DNA of 62,446 bases, filler included, from Sphacelaria rigidula (taxonomy: Eukaryota), in assembly GCA_964200075.2 (NCBI GenBank). It is 9 parts of 9 records of this genome, joined end to end, with 100 filler letters (N's around TTAATTAATTAA, not from the genome) between each part and the next. Parts side by side here need not be neighbours in the genome. Positions count along the whole stretch, not along the records: positions 1 to 6,850 come from CAXNAA020017769.1; positions 6,951 to 13,800 come from CAXNAA020017770.1; 7 more parts are not named here. One strand, 5' to 3'. Below the pieces are notes generated by a model, which had not been told where the DNA came from, did no database searches, and was given only the letters and a program-made list of their open reading frames with translations. A program made the position numbers and the translations under genes. Each line of letters starts with the position of its first letter. Position 1 is the first letter of the stretch. Shown here one piece after another: positions 1 through 12,483 of the stretch.

Positions 1-529
1 TTGAGCGTATCTTTGATGAAGTGTTCTTTCTCGGTCGTCAGTGCAGTGTGTGGAACACCCCTGCCAGCTATGCCCACGCTACCACTCATACGCTTCTGAA
101 GTGCACCGACGGAGATGTCAAAGGTCGTAGCTGCAGCACGGAAGCTAGGATGACCGCTGTGTACCGCTTATACGGCCTGTGCTGCACGTTCTGCTCTCTG
201 CATGCTTAGCAGCCGATCGACCAAAAAGCTGATTCTGGAGGATGACACATATGCGCTTACTTGCAGTGCTGTAAGACTACGTTATCGGATGCTTGAGACA
301 CATACAATAGCTCAAACAAAGCGCCGTGCTCTTGTGCACACGCAGAAAAAAACAGAACGGAAAACGGTTAATATTTCGCGAAGATCTGAATTGGCTCTGT
401 ATCTTAATTGGTACATTTCCCTCTACTTGAAAGCCCTAAAGCAGTGAAAAAATGAAAAAAAATCAACCTGACCCTTTTGTTTCGTCAACTATGCCCTCGC
501 TAGGTCCCACACGAAGTTTCAATACACAC

Positions 530-1015
530 TTAGCTGACCATCGTTGGGCTACGTTGTAGAATGGCTGACACATTTTGACAAGAAGTATCGCCACCCCTCA
601 CACGAACCCCAACCCAACGCATACCGAGAACCCTCGGGCAAGGGCGAGACATACATTTATCCGGCAAAGTGCGGCCTTGGTAGACCTCGAATCGGCGCCT
701 GTGGCGCCGTTTTGAGCGAAAAACGCGTTGTCTACGCACGGCAGGAGCACACAGGACTGTCGGCCCCACCTGAATTCCGCTTCTCGTGGTTTACAGTCAA
801 ATCGAAAAATATCGACCATTCTGAAACGTACACCGAAGCCGGTAAACTTCACTGCGCTGTCGCACTTTGCCGAGGGAATGCATGTTCCGCGCTTGCCCGA
901 GGGTTCTCGGTATGCGTTGGGTTGGGGTAAGAGTTGGGGTTAGGGTTCGGGGTAGCGATATACTTGTAAAACTGTGTCGATCATTCTAAAACATGGCGTA
1001 ACAACGGTTAACCCT
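530..1015. mobile_element. MITE-like element with long inverted arms and telomere-like motifs
   Basis: Perfect 37-bp inverted repeat at 606-642 and 892-928 (ACCCCAACCCAACGCATACCGAGAACCCTCGGGCAAG), extending imperfectly outward to about 530 and 1015. Contains GGGTTAGGGTT at about 937-947. Outer ends are approximate. Confidence 0.75.
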
Positions 1016-1124
1016 TCGATCGCGGTGCGGGTAGTCCATCTGGATGACGCATACCCTTCTCAAGTGAACATTGATGCCGATTCAGCAGGTGACCTACCTA
1101 CCCTCGCGGTCAAAGGGAGGGGAG

Positions 1125-1440
1125 CTAAAAATATGTTCATCGATAATGTTTGATGAGGAACAGGATAGAATGTCACAAACTCACACTAACAGCAGCCCCA
1201 ACCCAACCCCGACCCAAGGCGCACGAGACCCCCGGGCGAGGAGGGTGCATAGATTCCCCTAGGCCAAGTGTGCGTTGGTGGACTTTAAATCGTCGCCTAA
1301 AATGCCGATTTCGACAAAAACACGTTCTGGGCGAGCTGGGTCCACTGCTCACCTGCTCCAAACCATATCTTTTCTCAGAACTTTATCGAGTCTAAAATCT
1401 TGTAGTCATCCCTGTCAACCATTGTGTACGAACATGTCTC
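1125..1440 (+). mobile_element. MITE copy, same family as 31041-31350 (opposite orientation)
   Basis: 3' end TCAACCATTGTGTACGAACAT and the interior align with the reverse complement of 31041-31350. The 5' inverted repeat is degenerate. Confidence 0.75.
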
Positions 1441-2017
1441 CGCGTCTAAAATACTGCTCTCCATTATGCACTCCGGTGCTGGTCTGCAGTAAGTGTCTCG
1501 TCCAGGAGGCTCAACCAGACCTAACCATCCTTGTCGCCGCAGCCAGTCTACACACCGGCACACGCTCNNNNNNNNNNCGCTCCTTTGTATCAAGGGTTTG
1601 CGTGCCAGCTTTCGACAGCAGTGCCATCTGCCTCCGCGCACACCCTGTATCCCAACATGCCCGCACTCAGGGTGTTGACACATTATACTACTTGTAACGC
1701 AGGATGTGCCCACACTCAGGTTGTGACACATTATATCGCTGCACTACAGCAGTGGTGGGTGCACCTGATTAGCACCGTGTTGACCCAACTCTACCACCAC
1801 ACCATAGCCTTACCCAAGGGTGGTAAAGGGTGGTAGTGAGAAGGAATCACTCCTTGAAGGTGATTCTAGCCCTACACCCGCCGAAATTACCCTCCCCACG
1901 CTGTACCGACAAGACCAGTCATGGTCTTTCTTCGTTGGAGGACGGGGAACGGAGCAACATATACTACACTCAAAGTTTGAATAGGTTTGCTTCAAGGGGC
2001 AACTAGCCTCTTGTCAA

Positions 2018-2224
2018 AGGTATCTCAAACTCGGCTCCCGGTACCCTGGTTTACTCGCTGGCTCTGAGCTGTGTATTGTTTTTTCAAGTGAAACTGATCG
2101 CGACTCATAGGGGGACCTGACCTGACGGTCAACGGGTCTCATCATCTGATGAATCGGCATCACTTTCACTTGAAAAAATACAACAAAACAAACCAGGATA
2201 CCAAGAGCCGAATTTGAGATACCT
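2018..2224. mobile_element. Foldback/MITE-like palindromic element (about 207 bp)
   Basis: Ends AGGTATCTCAAACTCGGCTCCCGGTACCCTGGTTT and AAACCAGGATACCAAGAGCCGAATTTGAGATACCT are near-perfect inverted repeats. An inner pair TTTTTCAAGTGAAA / TTTCACTTGAAAAA is also present. Confidence 0.8.
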
Positions 2225-4586
2225 CGATTATGCTACAACCTGAAGTGTCGTGGAAAAATTCGGAAGGTCCCCGTTAGCGCCGTTCGAATAAAGTGGTCGT
2301 TCTCAATTGGATCTTGAACTCTCAATCTCACAAAAAAATTGTTTCGAGTATTGTGTTGAAGAATCATCATACAACAGCGATCCGAACGAACAAATGCGAT
2401 GATGCCTCATGTTCACCGCAGTTACAGTGTACAGAAGCGAAGTTCAGCATTTTTCGTCATCTGCTCATGATAAACGCGTTTGAGTCCTTCGACCACGAGT
2501 TCGTTCCTTGTTTTTTGTCGCAGCTGATATCGAATTCCAGCCGAACACAAAAACGCGTCATGAGGTGAGATATGTACTATTTAAAGTAACGAACAAATAT
2601 CAAGCATAGACATCTGTGCTGTATTCGATGTGTTATCATATATATATACCGCCAACCGCCCGAGCTTGCGCCGACATCAACTACCTCCAGACGAGAGATC
2701 GAGGCGCGCTCGCAGCACCGCTCTCTAATATTACTCACAAACCTTGACTTTGTTTCTTCCCGCAGCTGGTACTAACACCTGTCCACTGTGCATCTGAGCC
2801 CAAACATACTCGCATCTATCCTCTAGACCTACGTCTGTTCATCGCACTCAACTGGGTAGGACTTAAACGGCCCTGAGTTGACTCATCAAACACACCTCCC
2901 GTTCGAACAGGGAACGTTCTGAAATGGCCTCCATTCACATCAACCAGTATACACAACAATCAGGGAAGATACATCAGCTTCGGCACAAAACGATGATTCT
3001 TCCAAAAAATAAAATCGAATATTTCGCTGCAGGGGAAGCCTCTCACAAAACTCAATATGATACGCGAAATGGTGCAATTGGCAGACATGAACTCAACTGG
3101 ATCGCTTCGCGCTCAAAGAGCTGGGTGTCTTCCGTTGTCAAAGGTGGGTTCTCGTCTTTTCTTGAGACATGATTATTCGAAAATGTTACGCATCCCTGGT
3201 TCAAGCACTATACGCCTGACCCGACTCCCGCACTTCCACTAGCTTGGTGCTGGCTTCTAAAACGCGACCCCCGATCCTGCTTGCTTGCTTAATTTGTTTG
3301 CTCGTCGCCATTTTTTGGTACTACATCAAACGGTTTCACTTGTTCTTCGTACTTCTCTCGGAATGGGAAAGGTTCCCGCCCCGAGGACCCACTGAACCGA
3401 GATTCTGGTGTCAAAGAGAAGAGTAGTAATAAAGGCAAAACTCGACTCGTGAAAGTGTCTCGCGAACCTCTCTTGGATCAGCGGTACAGTACAGCTAGTC
3501 GGCTGTGATCTCGCGGTCAACCGTCTGTGGAACACAAGCCTCCACTGCCACCGCAGTCAGCTGGCGTGTGCACTTGACTAGCACATAAGCGCGATGGGAG
3601 TGTGCGGTTGTCGAACTCAAAACTCGAGAAGCCGAAGTTGCACTCTGATCCAGTCGAGCACAGGTACAAACTCATGTTACGGGTGGCAAAAGGTCTCACT
3701 CCTTTACTCTCACCGCACAACACATCAAAGACGAGGGAGGGAAAAAAACAGTGGGGTCATGAGTCATCAGTGTGTAGCAGCCAGAACTTGACGATATAGA
3801 AGCTGCTACACAACGCTAAAAGTCACAGTCAGTTTGACCAAAAATGACAAACTTACGTTCCGCACGAATGGACAAGTCCAACTATCTCATTCCTGTTGCA
3901 CTGGTTCGCATACATGGATTATTCGGGATACGGAATTACTGTACATTTGATCGATATAGCCGCCGCGCGGTTGACAACCCCTCGACCTCCCCGTTCTTCT
4001 GAGCGAACGCCCGTTGTGGGGCTTATCGACCTGACCTATCTTACTCTGCGAGTCTTGCGATGGGGAAGCTATGACACCTTCATGTGGTTGCCACCAAAGC
4101 GCCTTTGTTTCGTTCTTATTTTTGTTTTGTTGTTGCTCATCAGCAGCCAAGAGCGGCAATGACTTATAAGCACAGCCCAATCGATAACAAAGAAACCTTT
4201 AAAGGCCACCTGTTCCTATCGTTCGGTGGACCGCTACGGTCACCATGATCGGGCACACCAGTAGCTGAACGAGCTCGCATTTACATTCTCGTCTCCCGAG
4301 CTACTCGAGATAATTTATGATATGCGTTGATATGACAATACTGTACCCAGTACGGCCAAGCTACGAACATGTAGTGACCGTCTCAACACTAATATACCAT
4401 TGAGGGAGTGTATCTGAAGCGCTTTACGCCAGGGCACGGGGGGCATGACCGCACACCACACACCACACACCACACACCACGCAGGAAACGAGAGAAAAGC
4501 GCAGACCTGAAATTCCTGCCACCTATCCCTGTCTTTGCGCCACATACCCCACCAAGAAATCGACACAAGGCTCGTCTCGAGAACCA

Positions 4587-4779
4587 TCAGTCAGCCTTGA
4601 GGCCTGATGACGATGACGTACCCGCGGTTCCTGTGTCAGGTGGCGCTTTCTTGGCCACTCTCAATACCTGCACCTCATCCCCAATCCGGAGCACCCCCTT
4701 CCTCTCGTGCAGAACGTTCATACCAAAAAATAAACCCTTGGCCCAGGACTGCTTCCACAAGCCTAGTTGTTTGCCCGTG
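4587..4779 (-). CDS. MOSC-domain (mARC/YcbX-like molybdenum cofactor) protein, last coding exon
   Basis: CAG acceptor ends at 4780. Reads (R)TGKQLGLWKQSWAKGLFFGMNVLHERKGVLRIGDEVQVL...KAD-stop. FG.N.....G.L.IGD.V is the C-terminal signature of MOSC domains. The phase-2 junction matches the upstream exon. Confidence 0.88.
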
Positions 4780-5047
4780 CTGCGACGCGAGCGAGACACG
4801 ACACCAAAAAAAAAGAGGACATTTGATTTTTCTTGCGAGAGCACGTTTGGGGATGTCGTTGGTTCCGCAGTGATCGCTCGCACGTGTTGAACATTGACTG
4901 ACAACATCGAATGAACACAGTCATCAACGGTGGGGTATAAAACGCAATGTTTTGCCACTTGCGCCGTAGGGACTGTCACGTACCCGAGTGATCACTTCAC
5001 CTCTTGCTTCTCACGATATAACTGGTGCTGGGACACCACAGAAGAAT

Positions 5048-5078
5048 GAGAGAGAGAGAGAGAGAGGGAGAGAGAGAG
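5048..5078 (+). repeat. (GA)n microsatellite inside the MOSC intron
   Basis: GA dinucleotide run with one interruption. Confidence 0.9.
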
Positions 5079-6495
5079 CCCTATTCGCTCTGCAACTGTT
5101 TTTTTTTTGCTGCGTGACTGTTTGATAGCATTCACCCTCACTAATTTATGATAAATACACTCAGACAGTCAGAGGAAGAGAGCCATCATCTCGCTCTATC
5201 CCCATTACTTTTGCGTCTGACTGTTTGATAGCACTCATGTTCACAAGTCTCCCTCGAGTGAAGATTCGAGATTCTCCTCATTGCACTGCTGTGCAGAGAT
5301 CGTGGAGCAAGGAGTGTTTCACGTATCATGTTGCGGTACTGGCGCTTCCGCTACCCCCCAAACCTGCCTGGTACCAGCCGTCAAATCTTCCAAGGGGGCT
5401 TGTGGTTGGGTAGGGTACGAGTAAGGGTGACTGCTTCAGGTTATTTGGAATAAAATGTACCCTTCGTCGGTCGATAGTTGACGTACCATGCGAAGCTTAC
5501 TATTTCGAGCACTCGATGTCTCAGTTACCCTGGGGCACGGTACCCTACGCCAACCACCTCCGAACGTTCTCCAAAAGACAGGTCGTCCACTGCGATTGTG
5601 ACCCTTTCACATGGTCAAGGCCGTACCGCGATTAACCCCTCGAGCGTCCATCTCAAGCTGCTCGGAAAATTCAACTGCTGGCAGTCCCGCCTGCAAAATC
5701 GCCCACACTGGAGAAAAGGCCCCTTTGCGAATACCGGCGTAGATGGACGTCACTTGGGCGGGGGCGCTTGCTGTAGTTTCACCTAAAACAGTTATTCCCA
5801 ACAGTTCGCCGCGCCTTTGTCGTGGCAGTGTTGAGACAGGTGCTTTCTGCGTCAGACTTATGTGGACGTCCGCCACCCGATGGCACGCTACACACAACGA
5901 CACCCCGGGGAGCGACAGGTTGGAAACTCTGACTATGTATGACTACATGACTGCTGCTGGCGCCATCACTGCTCAGCGTATCGCCACGCGTCACGGCCAA
6001 GGTGCTGCGGGTTTCCTGCATGGAGAATCATGACGCGCCCGATGCGCCCCCATACTTCCTGTGGTCTATAGCGTTGCGACATGTGCGGCACGGCCTTCTC
6101 AGTGTCAAAGTCTGTCTTCAAGACAAGTCCTGTTTCCCCAACCTCAACAGATTTTTCGGAGCCCCCGAAAGCTCCTCAAGTGACGTTCAACGAGCGACCC
6201 CGGTGCTCGAGGGTTGCTCGCGTTCAACGACTCAAAGCGAGGAGAGGGGAGGAGCAAGTACACGACCCAGTTTCTTCAACAAACTCATTTTTTTTTCCTC
6301 GCCGGCGTTTGACTTGTGTTGATTCATCGATGACCTCATTTTGATGTTCCAGCAACGCTTACCCCCGTTTCGAACACTGCCAAGTAGGCCGTGTTTCAAA
6401 ATTGTCGATGTAGGTTTCGGCATCGTCTGCGACACATTCTGAATACGACCAAGATAAATCCATGCAAGTACAAGACACAACTCGACGCCTCTCAC

Positions 6496-6666
6496 CGGAA
6501 AGTTTCCATCGTGGCTCGAGGCTCCCTTCGCCTCTCGAGGGTGCGTTGATTGATCGTGGGAACCTGGCATCGCTCGCATGGCTTGGGAGTCCGCATCTTG
6601 ATCCCCGCAACCTCGATTTTGGTCCAGTCGTCCTCCGCCCAGGCCCCCCACCCACGCACCACCAAA
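6496..6666 (-). CDS. MOSC-domain protein, penultimate coding exon
   Basis: 171-bp exon (AAG acceptor, CG|GTGAG donor) reading (N)LVVRGWGAWAEDDWTKIEVAGIKMRTPKPCERCQVPTINQRTLERRREPRATMETF(R). Contains the MOSC motifs ED.W, PC.RC and EP..T...R. Upstream exons lie beyond the scaffold end. Confidence 0.9.
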
Positions 6667-6850
6667 CTTGCGTAAACGGTGACCAGCAAGGATAGATGTC
6701 AGGGCAAGGGGCAGAGCACAATTAATTTGACTATTAATAGTTCCCTTTGATGAGGGAGACCGGCCGCTGGGGGAGGGGGGGGGGGGGCTGTACGGGGGGG
6801 AGGGGCTTCGGAGATCCTTGTTTAGATGAAAACACTGTGGACATATTATC

Positions 6851-6950
6851 NNNNNNNNNNNNNNNNNNNNNNNNNNNNNNNNNNNNNNNNNNNNTTAATT
6901 AATTAANNNNNNNNNNNNNNNNNNNNNNNNNNNNNNNNNNNNNNNNNNNN
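6851..6950. other. Artificial scaffold linker (N44-TTAATTAATTAA-N44)
   Basis: Exactly 100 bp; the 12-mer puts stop codons in all six frames. Preceding segment is 6850 bp. Confidence 0.98.
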
Positions 6951-6971
6951 CGCGCGGCGCGCCCGCCGAGG

Positions 6972-7008
<37 letters not shown>

Positions 7009-7968
7009 AGAGGTTGCGGTTTCGCCGCTCCCCGATGTTCGGACAGTTTACCGACTCCGTCGATTAATGGCAAATGCGGCCAGTACAATTTCAATAGGCC
7101 AGACCTGCCTGTTCACCGTCCCCAAGTTTTGTCCACCGAGGGTATTTCATGAACACATGTTTTGCGGGTAATGCTACTGCCTAGCTGACGGTCCTCGGGC
7201 GCTCAGCATATGAGACCTTGTCCATATAAAGATTATTCCGTGAATACATCCGCATTTCGTCGCCGGGTAATGATCATTCTCGGAGCGAATTCGTAGAAGG
7301 ACTCAGGTAACTTTGTACTGCCCTTTGGGGAACAGATAATCAGCGCAACGAAAATGGTGGCCCGCACAGATCCAATCAGTAATTCTGCGCACGTAAAAAT
7401 GTTGTTGGGGATGGCGCTGGCAAAAAAGAAGGGAGCGACTCAGCTGAAGCGTCGGGGCTACCGGGGTCAACGGTCGTGCAGTAGATGGTACTATTCTGAA
7501 AGGATGTCTGACATTAAGCCGTTACTATTGCACGCGTTTCACGCAACTATCTTGTTCATCGGCATGAACAAAATAGGAGCATTCGTTGGACACCATCCGT
7601 TATATCACTAAAAGTACATCATACACACGAGTAAAACCGCAGCATCTTGTCCCAACTTACGCGCAGTAGTTTTCACCACTTGGTCGATTAGAACCTTCCC
7701 GGAATTTTATCACGCCCCATCCCATTTATTGCTCTCTGAAGGGGGCGTTTCTTCACTGGGCAGGGCGTTCCCTCATGAACGTCCAACTCGGTGCCCGTGA
7801 TCTAGTATGGACGACGCGCACCTACTGTCTCATGATAGCTATGGTTTCTTGGTGCTTCTCACCCAGACGGTGAAAAAAGTTGTAGGGGAAGCAGGTCCAC
7901 ACCACAGCTCAGATAGTGAATATTGACAAGAAAAAAGCGACAGTAACAGAAGTCACCCCATTACTCAC

Positions 7969-8156
7969 CCCACGTAGGTGGTGCCGGCGGGAAACTTGTT
8001 GGGACATAGCAAGGGAGGCAGGGGGCCGGAGTAGAGCACCTTGTAGTAGCCGATCGTGCCGGGAATTGGCCATGTATAGGTGCCCGTCGTTGTGGGGCTG
8101 TAATCCGGATTGGTGTCCAACTGGTGGAGGGTGGTCACGCTGTCCCATATGTGAAA
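7969..8156 (-). CDS. Unknown protein with PKD/Ig-like motif, internal exon 3 of 3 seen
   Basis: TTGTCAG acceptor (phase 0, compatible with the previous donor) and GG|GTGAGT donor. Reads FHIWDSVTTLHQLDTNPDYSPTTTGTYTWPIPGTIGYYKVLYSGPLPPLLCPNKFPAGTTYV(G). Confidence 0.72.
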
Positions 8157-8859
8157 CTGACAAGCGTACAGCCGCATGGGGCAAGTTGTTGGAAGTAAAA
8201 CGCGAATATATCAGCTTGGTGGCTGAGGTACAGAAACCAGAAACAACGTGCTGTGCGAGAGCGATCAAAATAGGGATACACCTGCACCAAATACCGAGAG
8301 CGTCGCGTGCACGTCGCCACCTAAAACTCTAAATGCATACACACACGAGGACAATATGGACCTGGACGAAGGAAGGTGTCGGCAGAAAAACTACAGAGTA
8401 CGTGTCATGTTCCAACAAAAACAGCAGCTGTGCTGCCAGCAGCCAATATGATTGAAAAATATAGTATGTAGCCATACATGCGTCATATTTGAGCCCACAC
8501 ATACGAGGATGAAGCGAAAAATGAATGAGGCATTCGTACCCCTCAACCACGGGGGAAAAACTGCCGCGCGCCTGGTACCGAAAACGTTCAGTCGTGCGTA
8601 CATCGCGTCGTAGTATCCTCTTGTGTGTGATCACTAACCCTTCGACCGCCACCGCCACGGTGGATCATCTGGGTCTCACAGCTGCCTTTCGAGTTAAGGT
8701 GACGCCAAATATACACACACATCCCTAGGCGGCAAGGTCTTACACTTAGTTTTTGTGAAAATGGTGCCGATCGAACCGATCTGCTTACCCTGAAAAATCA
8801 AACGGATTCATGCTCAAATGACCCTCATGTTACACAAGTTTCGGTACAGTATGCTGTAC

Positions 8860-9112
8860 CTCGTCTTCACCGTTCTCGATCTCCCATGCAGAGCGCCTCT
8901 CGTACACTGCGGGGGCATCGTCATCCGTGGTACTCAGCACGACGAGCTCCAGCTCGTAGTCCCCGAACGGAGCGCACACGAAGAGGTCGAGCTGCACCCT
9001 ACCGGTCGCCTCGTCTGGCACTTCGTCGCCTAGCCCTAGAGTGTCGTACACACCCGTCCACTCGGCCCGATCCTCTTCCGCGACCGATTCTCCGCATGGG
9101 CCGTTGACTTGC
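8860..9112 (-). CDS. Unknown protein with PKD/Ig-like motif, internal exon 2 of 3 seen
   Basis: CACCAG acceptor and GAG|GTACAG donor; GC3-rich codons. Reads (R)QVNGPCGESVAEEDRAEWTGVYDTLGLGDEVPDEATGRVQLDLFVCAPFGDYELELVVLSTTDDDAPAVYERRSAWEIENGEDE. Confidence 0.78.
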
Positions 9113-12062
9113 CTGGTGATCGTTTTGCGAAGGGTTGTCGGTTAGGCAAAGATGCGAGCAAATACATGCATGACCAATATTCAAAAAGACAAAATCGTAT
9201 CGTTCGGGTATCGACGAAGATCACAGAACCAGAAATCTGAGGCAAAACGGAGGTGTTACTGTTCACCCTGGCTCTACCGGATCGAGCATAGATATGCATG
9301 ACAAGATCGTGACGCGTTTACCGAACATGTTCTAGACTTGTACACACCAGGCGTTTCTCCCCGTGCCCCTTCATCGGGACCAGTCTTTTGTGTCGAGGAA
9401 ATCAGCCCTTATCGCCCGGGGGACCTGCCTGAGAATCGGTGATTCGAGTTTCGGATCGTTCAGCACTCCCGCAACTCTGGTTGAGGGTTTTGGGGGGCTA
9501 GTGTCTGCCGCGCGTTTGAACTAGGTGTGCTGTTGACAACTCACAACGGCCTTTATACACCGCCTCAACATATTTCCTGCAGACTTGTCATGATTTAATG
9601 GTAAACGCACCCGATTTGACTTCGTACTAACAACAAACGAAACGCACAACAATTGATAGTCGGGGGGAGAGGTGTGGGGGGGGGGCAGGATGAACAAATG
9701 CAACATTTATCCACNNNNNNNNNNGCCTGGGCGTTGGACGGACTTATGCCTTGGTTAGTCACTATTGCGTGGGGATGCCCTGGTGTTGGGGGGGCAGGAT
9801 GAACAAATGCAACATTTATCCACGTGCCCTGTTTTTTTGTCGCATTGAACCTGACGTGCATGCATAAAATCTCGCCAAACACCCCATCTAGAACGGCTCG
9901 TTGACTGTGAAGATTATTCATTCCGAGATCGCATCGTCGACCTCACCATTTCTTCACGCCCAACGTCGTAGGTAAGGAGGCAACTTGAGCAATGCTGGCA
10001 CAAAAACGTTCCCACTGTTCTCAATCACAAGCGGTAGCTCACGTACGAAATGTGTTCCGCAATACTTCATCCAGGCAGGACTCAAGGAGTCGATCCCCCC
10101 GAAGCATGCACCGCTGTCCTCTCGTCATCACGTTGTTCCCCCGGGATGAACTACATCTCTGGCACTCATATGACAAAATGACACGAGAATATTACACCCA
10201 ATGCGCTTAGTGAATAGCCGTGCCCTTGAGTGGACTCCCACGGTTGCAGGGCGGTGGACGGGATCTTCGAGCCACCCGACCCTCGCCGAACGGCCCGAGT
10301 GAAGTGTGAAGTAGCGGACGAAGATGACAGGGTATGAGTGCCAAGCAGAACGCAAAGTTCTCGAGGGTACTCGCCCCTTGTTTCCTCCGTCGCTTGTTTT
10401 TGGTAACCCCTTGAATACCCGGTATTTTCTATAGTCGATACCCCGAGCAGCCCGGATTATTCGGTACTGCAAATACCCACCGACGTTCGGTAGGACTATC
10501 GCCATATTCATAAATTTTCAAACACTTCTGTGGGCAAGAAAAGCTCTCATAGGAGCGCCTTTCAATCAGGTACAAGTCCCGCATGATCAGATTCGCACAA
10601 GACGGCAACCAAAGGACAAAACTCTCTCAATTCTATCGCTTGATGGGCTCAAGGAAATGATCCACTCGTGAACAAAATACACGCGCAGTAGAAGTAGCTT
10701 GCCCTCTATAGGGTAGAACACCGACAAAACGCAATAACTAACAACCAATTGAGCCACTCTATCGGCGCTGACCGAGTCACTCAGTAGTTATTGCGAAATC
10801 TCAAAAGTTAATCCGGTTGTTCGTTCAAGCGTTTGAGCCTCTAGATCGAACCCCCGTTTCGCCACTATGTGGGATACATTGCCCTCTTTCCGGCCTAACA
10901 TGTTTTCACGGGACCACTAAGGTGTACTGTACTCTTTTATATGTTCTCTGTGGGGGACTTGGCCAAGAGCTATCAAGGGGAGAATCGGACCCCGTGAACA
11001 ACTGTTGCAAACACGTTACAGTAACCACCGAGTCACTCAATCTGCGACACATGATGCAGTACAGTAGGTCAAATACTTCGTTCACCATTCCCTAAATTAA
11101 GTGTATGAACTCTGTTTGATGCTTCGTAGAGACCAAATAGTACTAGGGCTTGGCAGGGAGCCTGCGAGGTGGTGCATCCAATTGGGCGCCTTGTGGATAC
11201 TACACAAATGCCTATCGATACATTTTTAGAACCGACCGCGCGCCTCTGGTGCTCGTGCGAGATTTTGCTGTCAATCCGTCCAAAACTAGAACGCCTGAAA
11301 TACACCCATCGGCGAAACTTGTGTACTGGGAGAAGACGACTACAGTAGTAGTATATAAGGTACTACTAGTTTACATACAACGATGCGCTCACACACGACC
11401 ACAGTACGACAGCGACATCAGTTGTGTCGAGGGAGCACCGAACTGCGACCACGCACGCCCCATAAAATCCAACATTCTACAGTAGTCGTGAGCACCGCAC
11501 TGCAATCAATACTGCCTGCACTGATTGTGCCGAACGCGATGCCATTACTTGGTTGGGTCAAAGAACGACCTTGAGTCGGTCAGCGTGGCTGCGCGTTTGG
11601 CATGCGCTCCGTTGAAAGCCATACGGGCAAGACTGTCGCACGCTCTACTGCATGTAGAGCGCACGCCGCTACCACCTCCTTCAGCACACCAAGGGCTGTT
11701 GAAACCTCCCTGTACGCGGGGCTCGGGCGTAAGTTCTTACACTTCTCGGGTCCATTCCGTTGGAGCACAAAATCTGTACGAGAAAAAGAGGCTACACTAC
11801 AGTAGAGTGCCATACCTCATACTTCACGTTGGCCTCGTATAACTGCAAGTAGAGCAAACTATGCCCATACTTTACAAAGGAGTGCTTTACATAGGGCCAC
11901 CTACAACTGTAACACCAAATCAATGGTATGAAAAACTGTGCTATTTTTGCTGATGGGACGTGCATTAGAGGTCAACGTCCATACCCGTCTGTGTGTCGAC
12001 GAAAATGGTCCACACAGATGAATTAGTTATCAGCCAACGAGGGCACGCGCGCCCTAACTTAC

Positions 12063-12141
12063 CTCCATGTGAGCTTCAGGTTGGGGTGTTGGTGGAAGTC
12101 GTACGCCTCCACCTGCAGGTACTTGTGTGTCGTAGGATCAC
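12063..12141 (-). CDS. Unknown protein with PKD/Ig-like motif, internal exon 1 of 3 seen
   Basis: TTCTTCAG acceptor and AG|GTAAGT donor. Reads (G)DPTTHKYLQVEAYDFHQHPNLKLTW(R). Phase 2 joins in frame to the exon starting at 9112. Confidence 0.75.
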
Positions 12142-12483
12142 CTGAAGAACCGAGCCAAAAAAATTCAACAAGACGAGCACGCGTCGAAGAAAATATCCAA
12201 AAATCAGTATGATAAAACAGGAAAAAATATCGCGGTGTGCAACACTCTCGGCCGCATTGAGCGCTTACAGACGGACACCTGAATAAAGCCAGCATATATA
12301 TCATTTCCCAAGTGAAGGTGGCACTCATTCGATCAACGGACACACTTGGGCTGTCAGCCGCTCGGGAACCAGCAGGTGATTATTCACGTGTTGAAACTTA
12401 CGCACCAAGTGAATCTGGAGTGAACCTACCAGATCGCGCACGTTTGAGCGTTTGACTGGATTGGGGACAAAACAAAACCAACA

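Noticed and set aside
9679-9823. Direct repeat GGGGGGGCAGGATGAACAAATGCAACATTTATCCAC on both sides of a 10-N gap
   Set aside because: It abuts an intra-scaffold gap and is likely an unresolved overlap or collapsed repeat, so it cannot be trusted as biological.
4587-12141. Joining the PKD-like exons and the MOSC exons into one minus-strand fusion gene
   Set aside because: They lie on different scaffolds separated by an artificial linker, and the MOSC N-terminal exons are simply missing.
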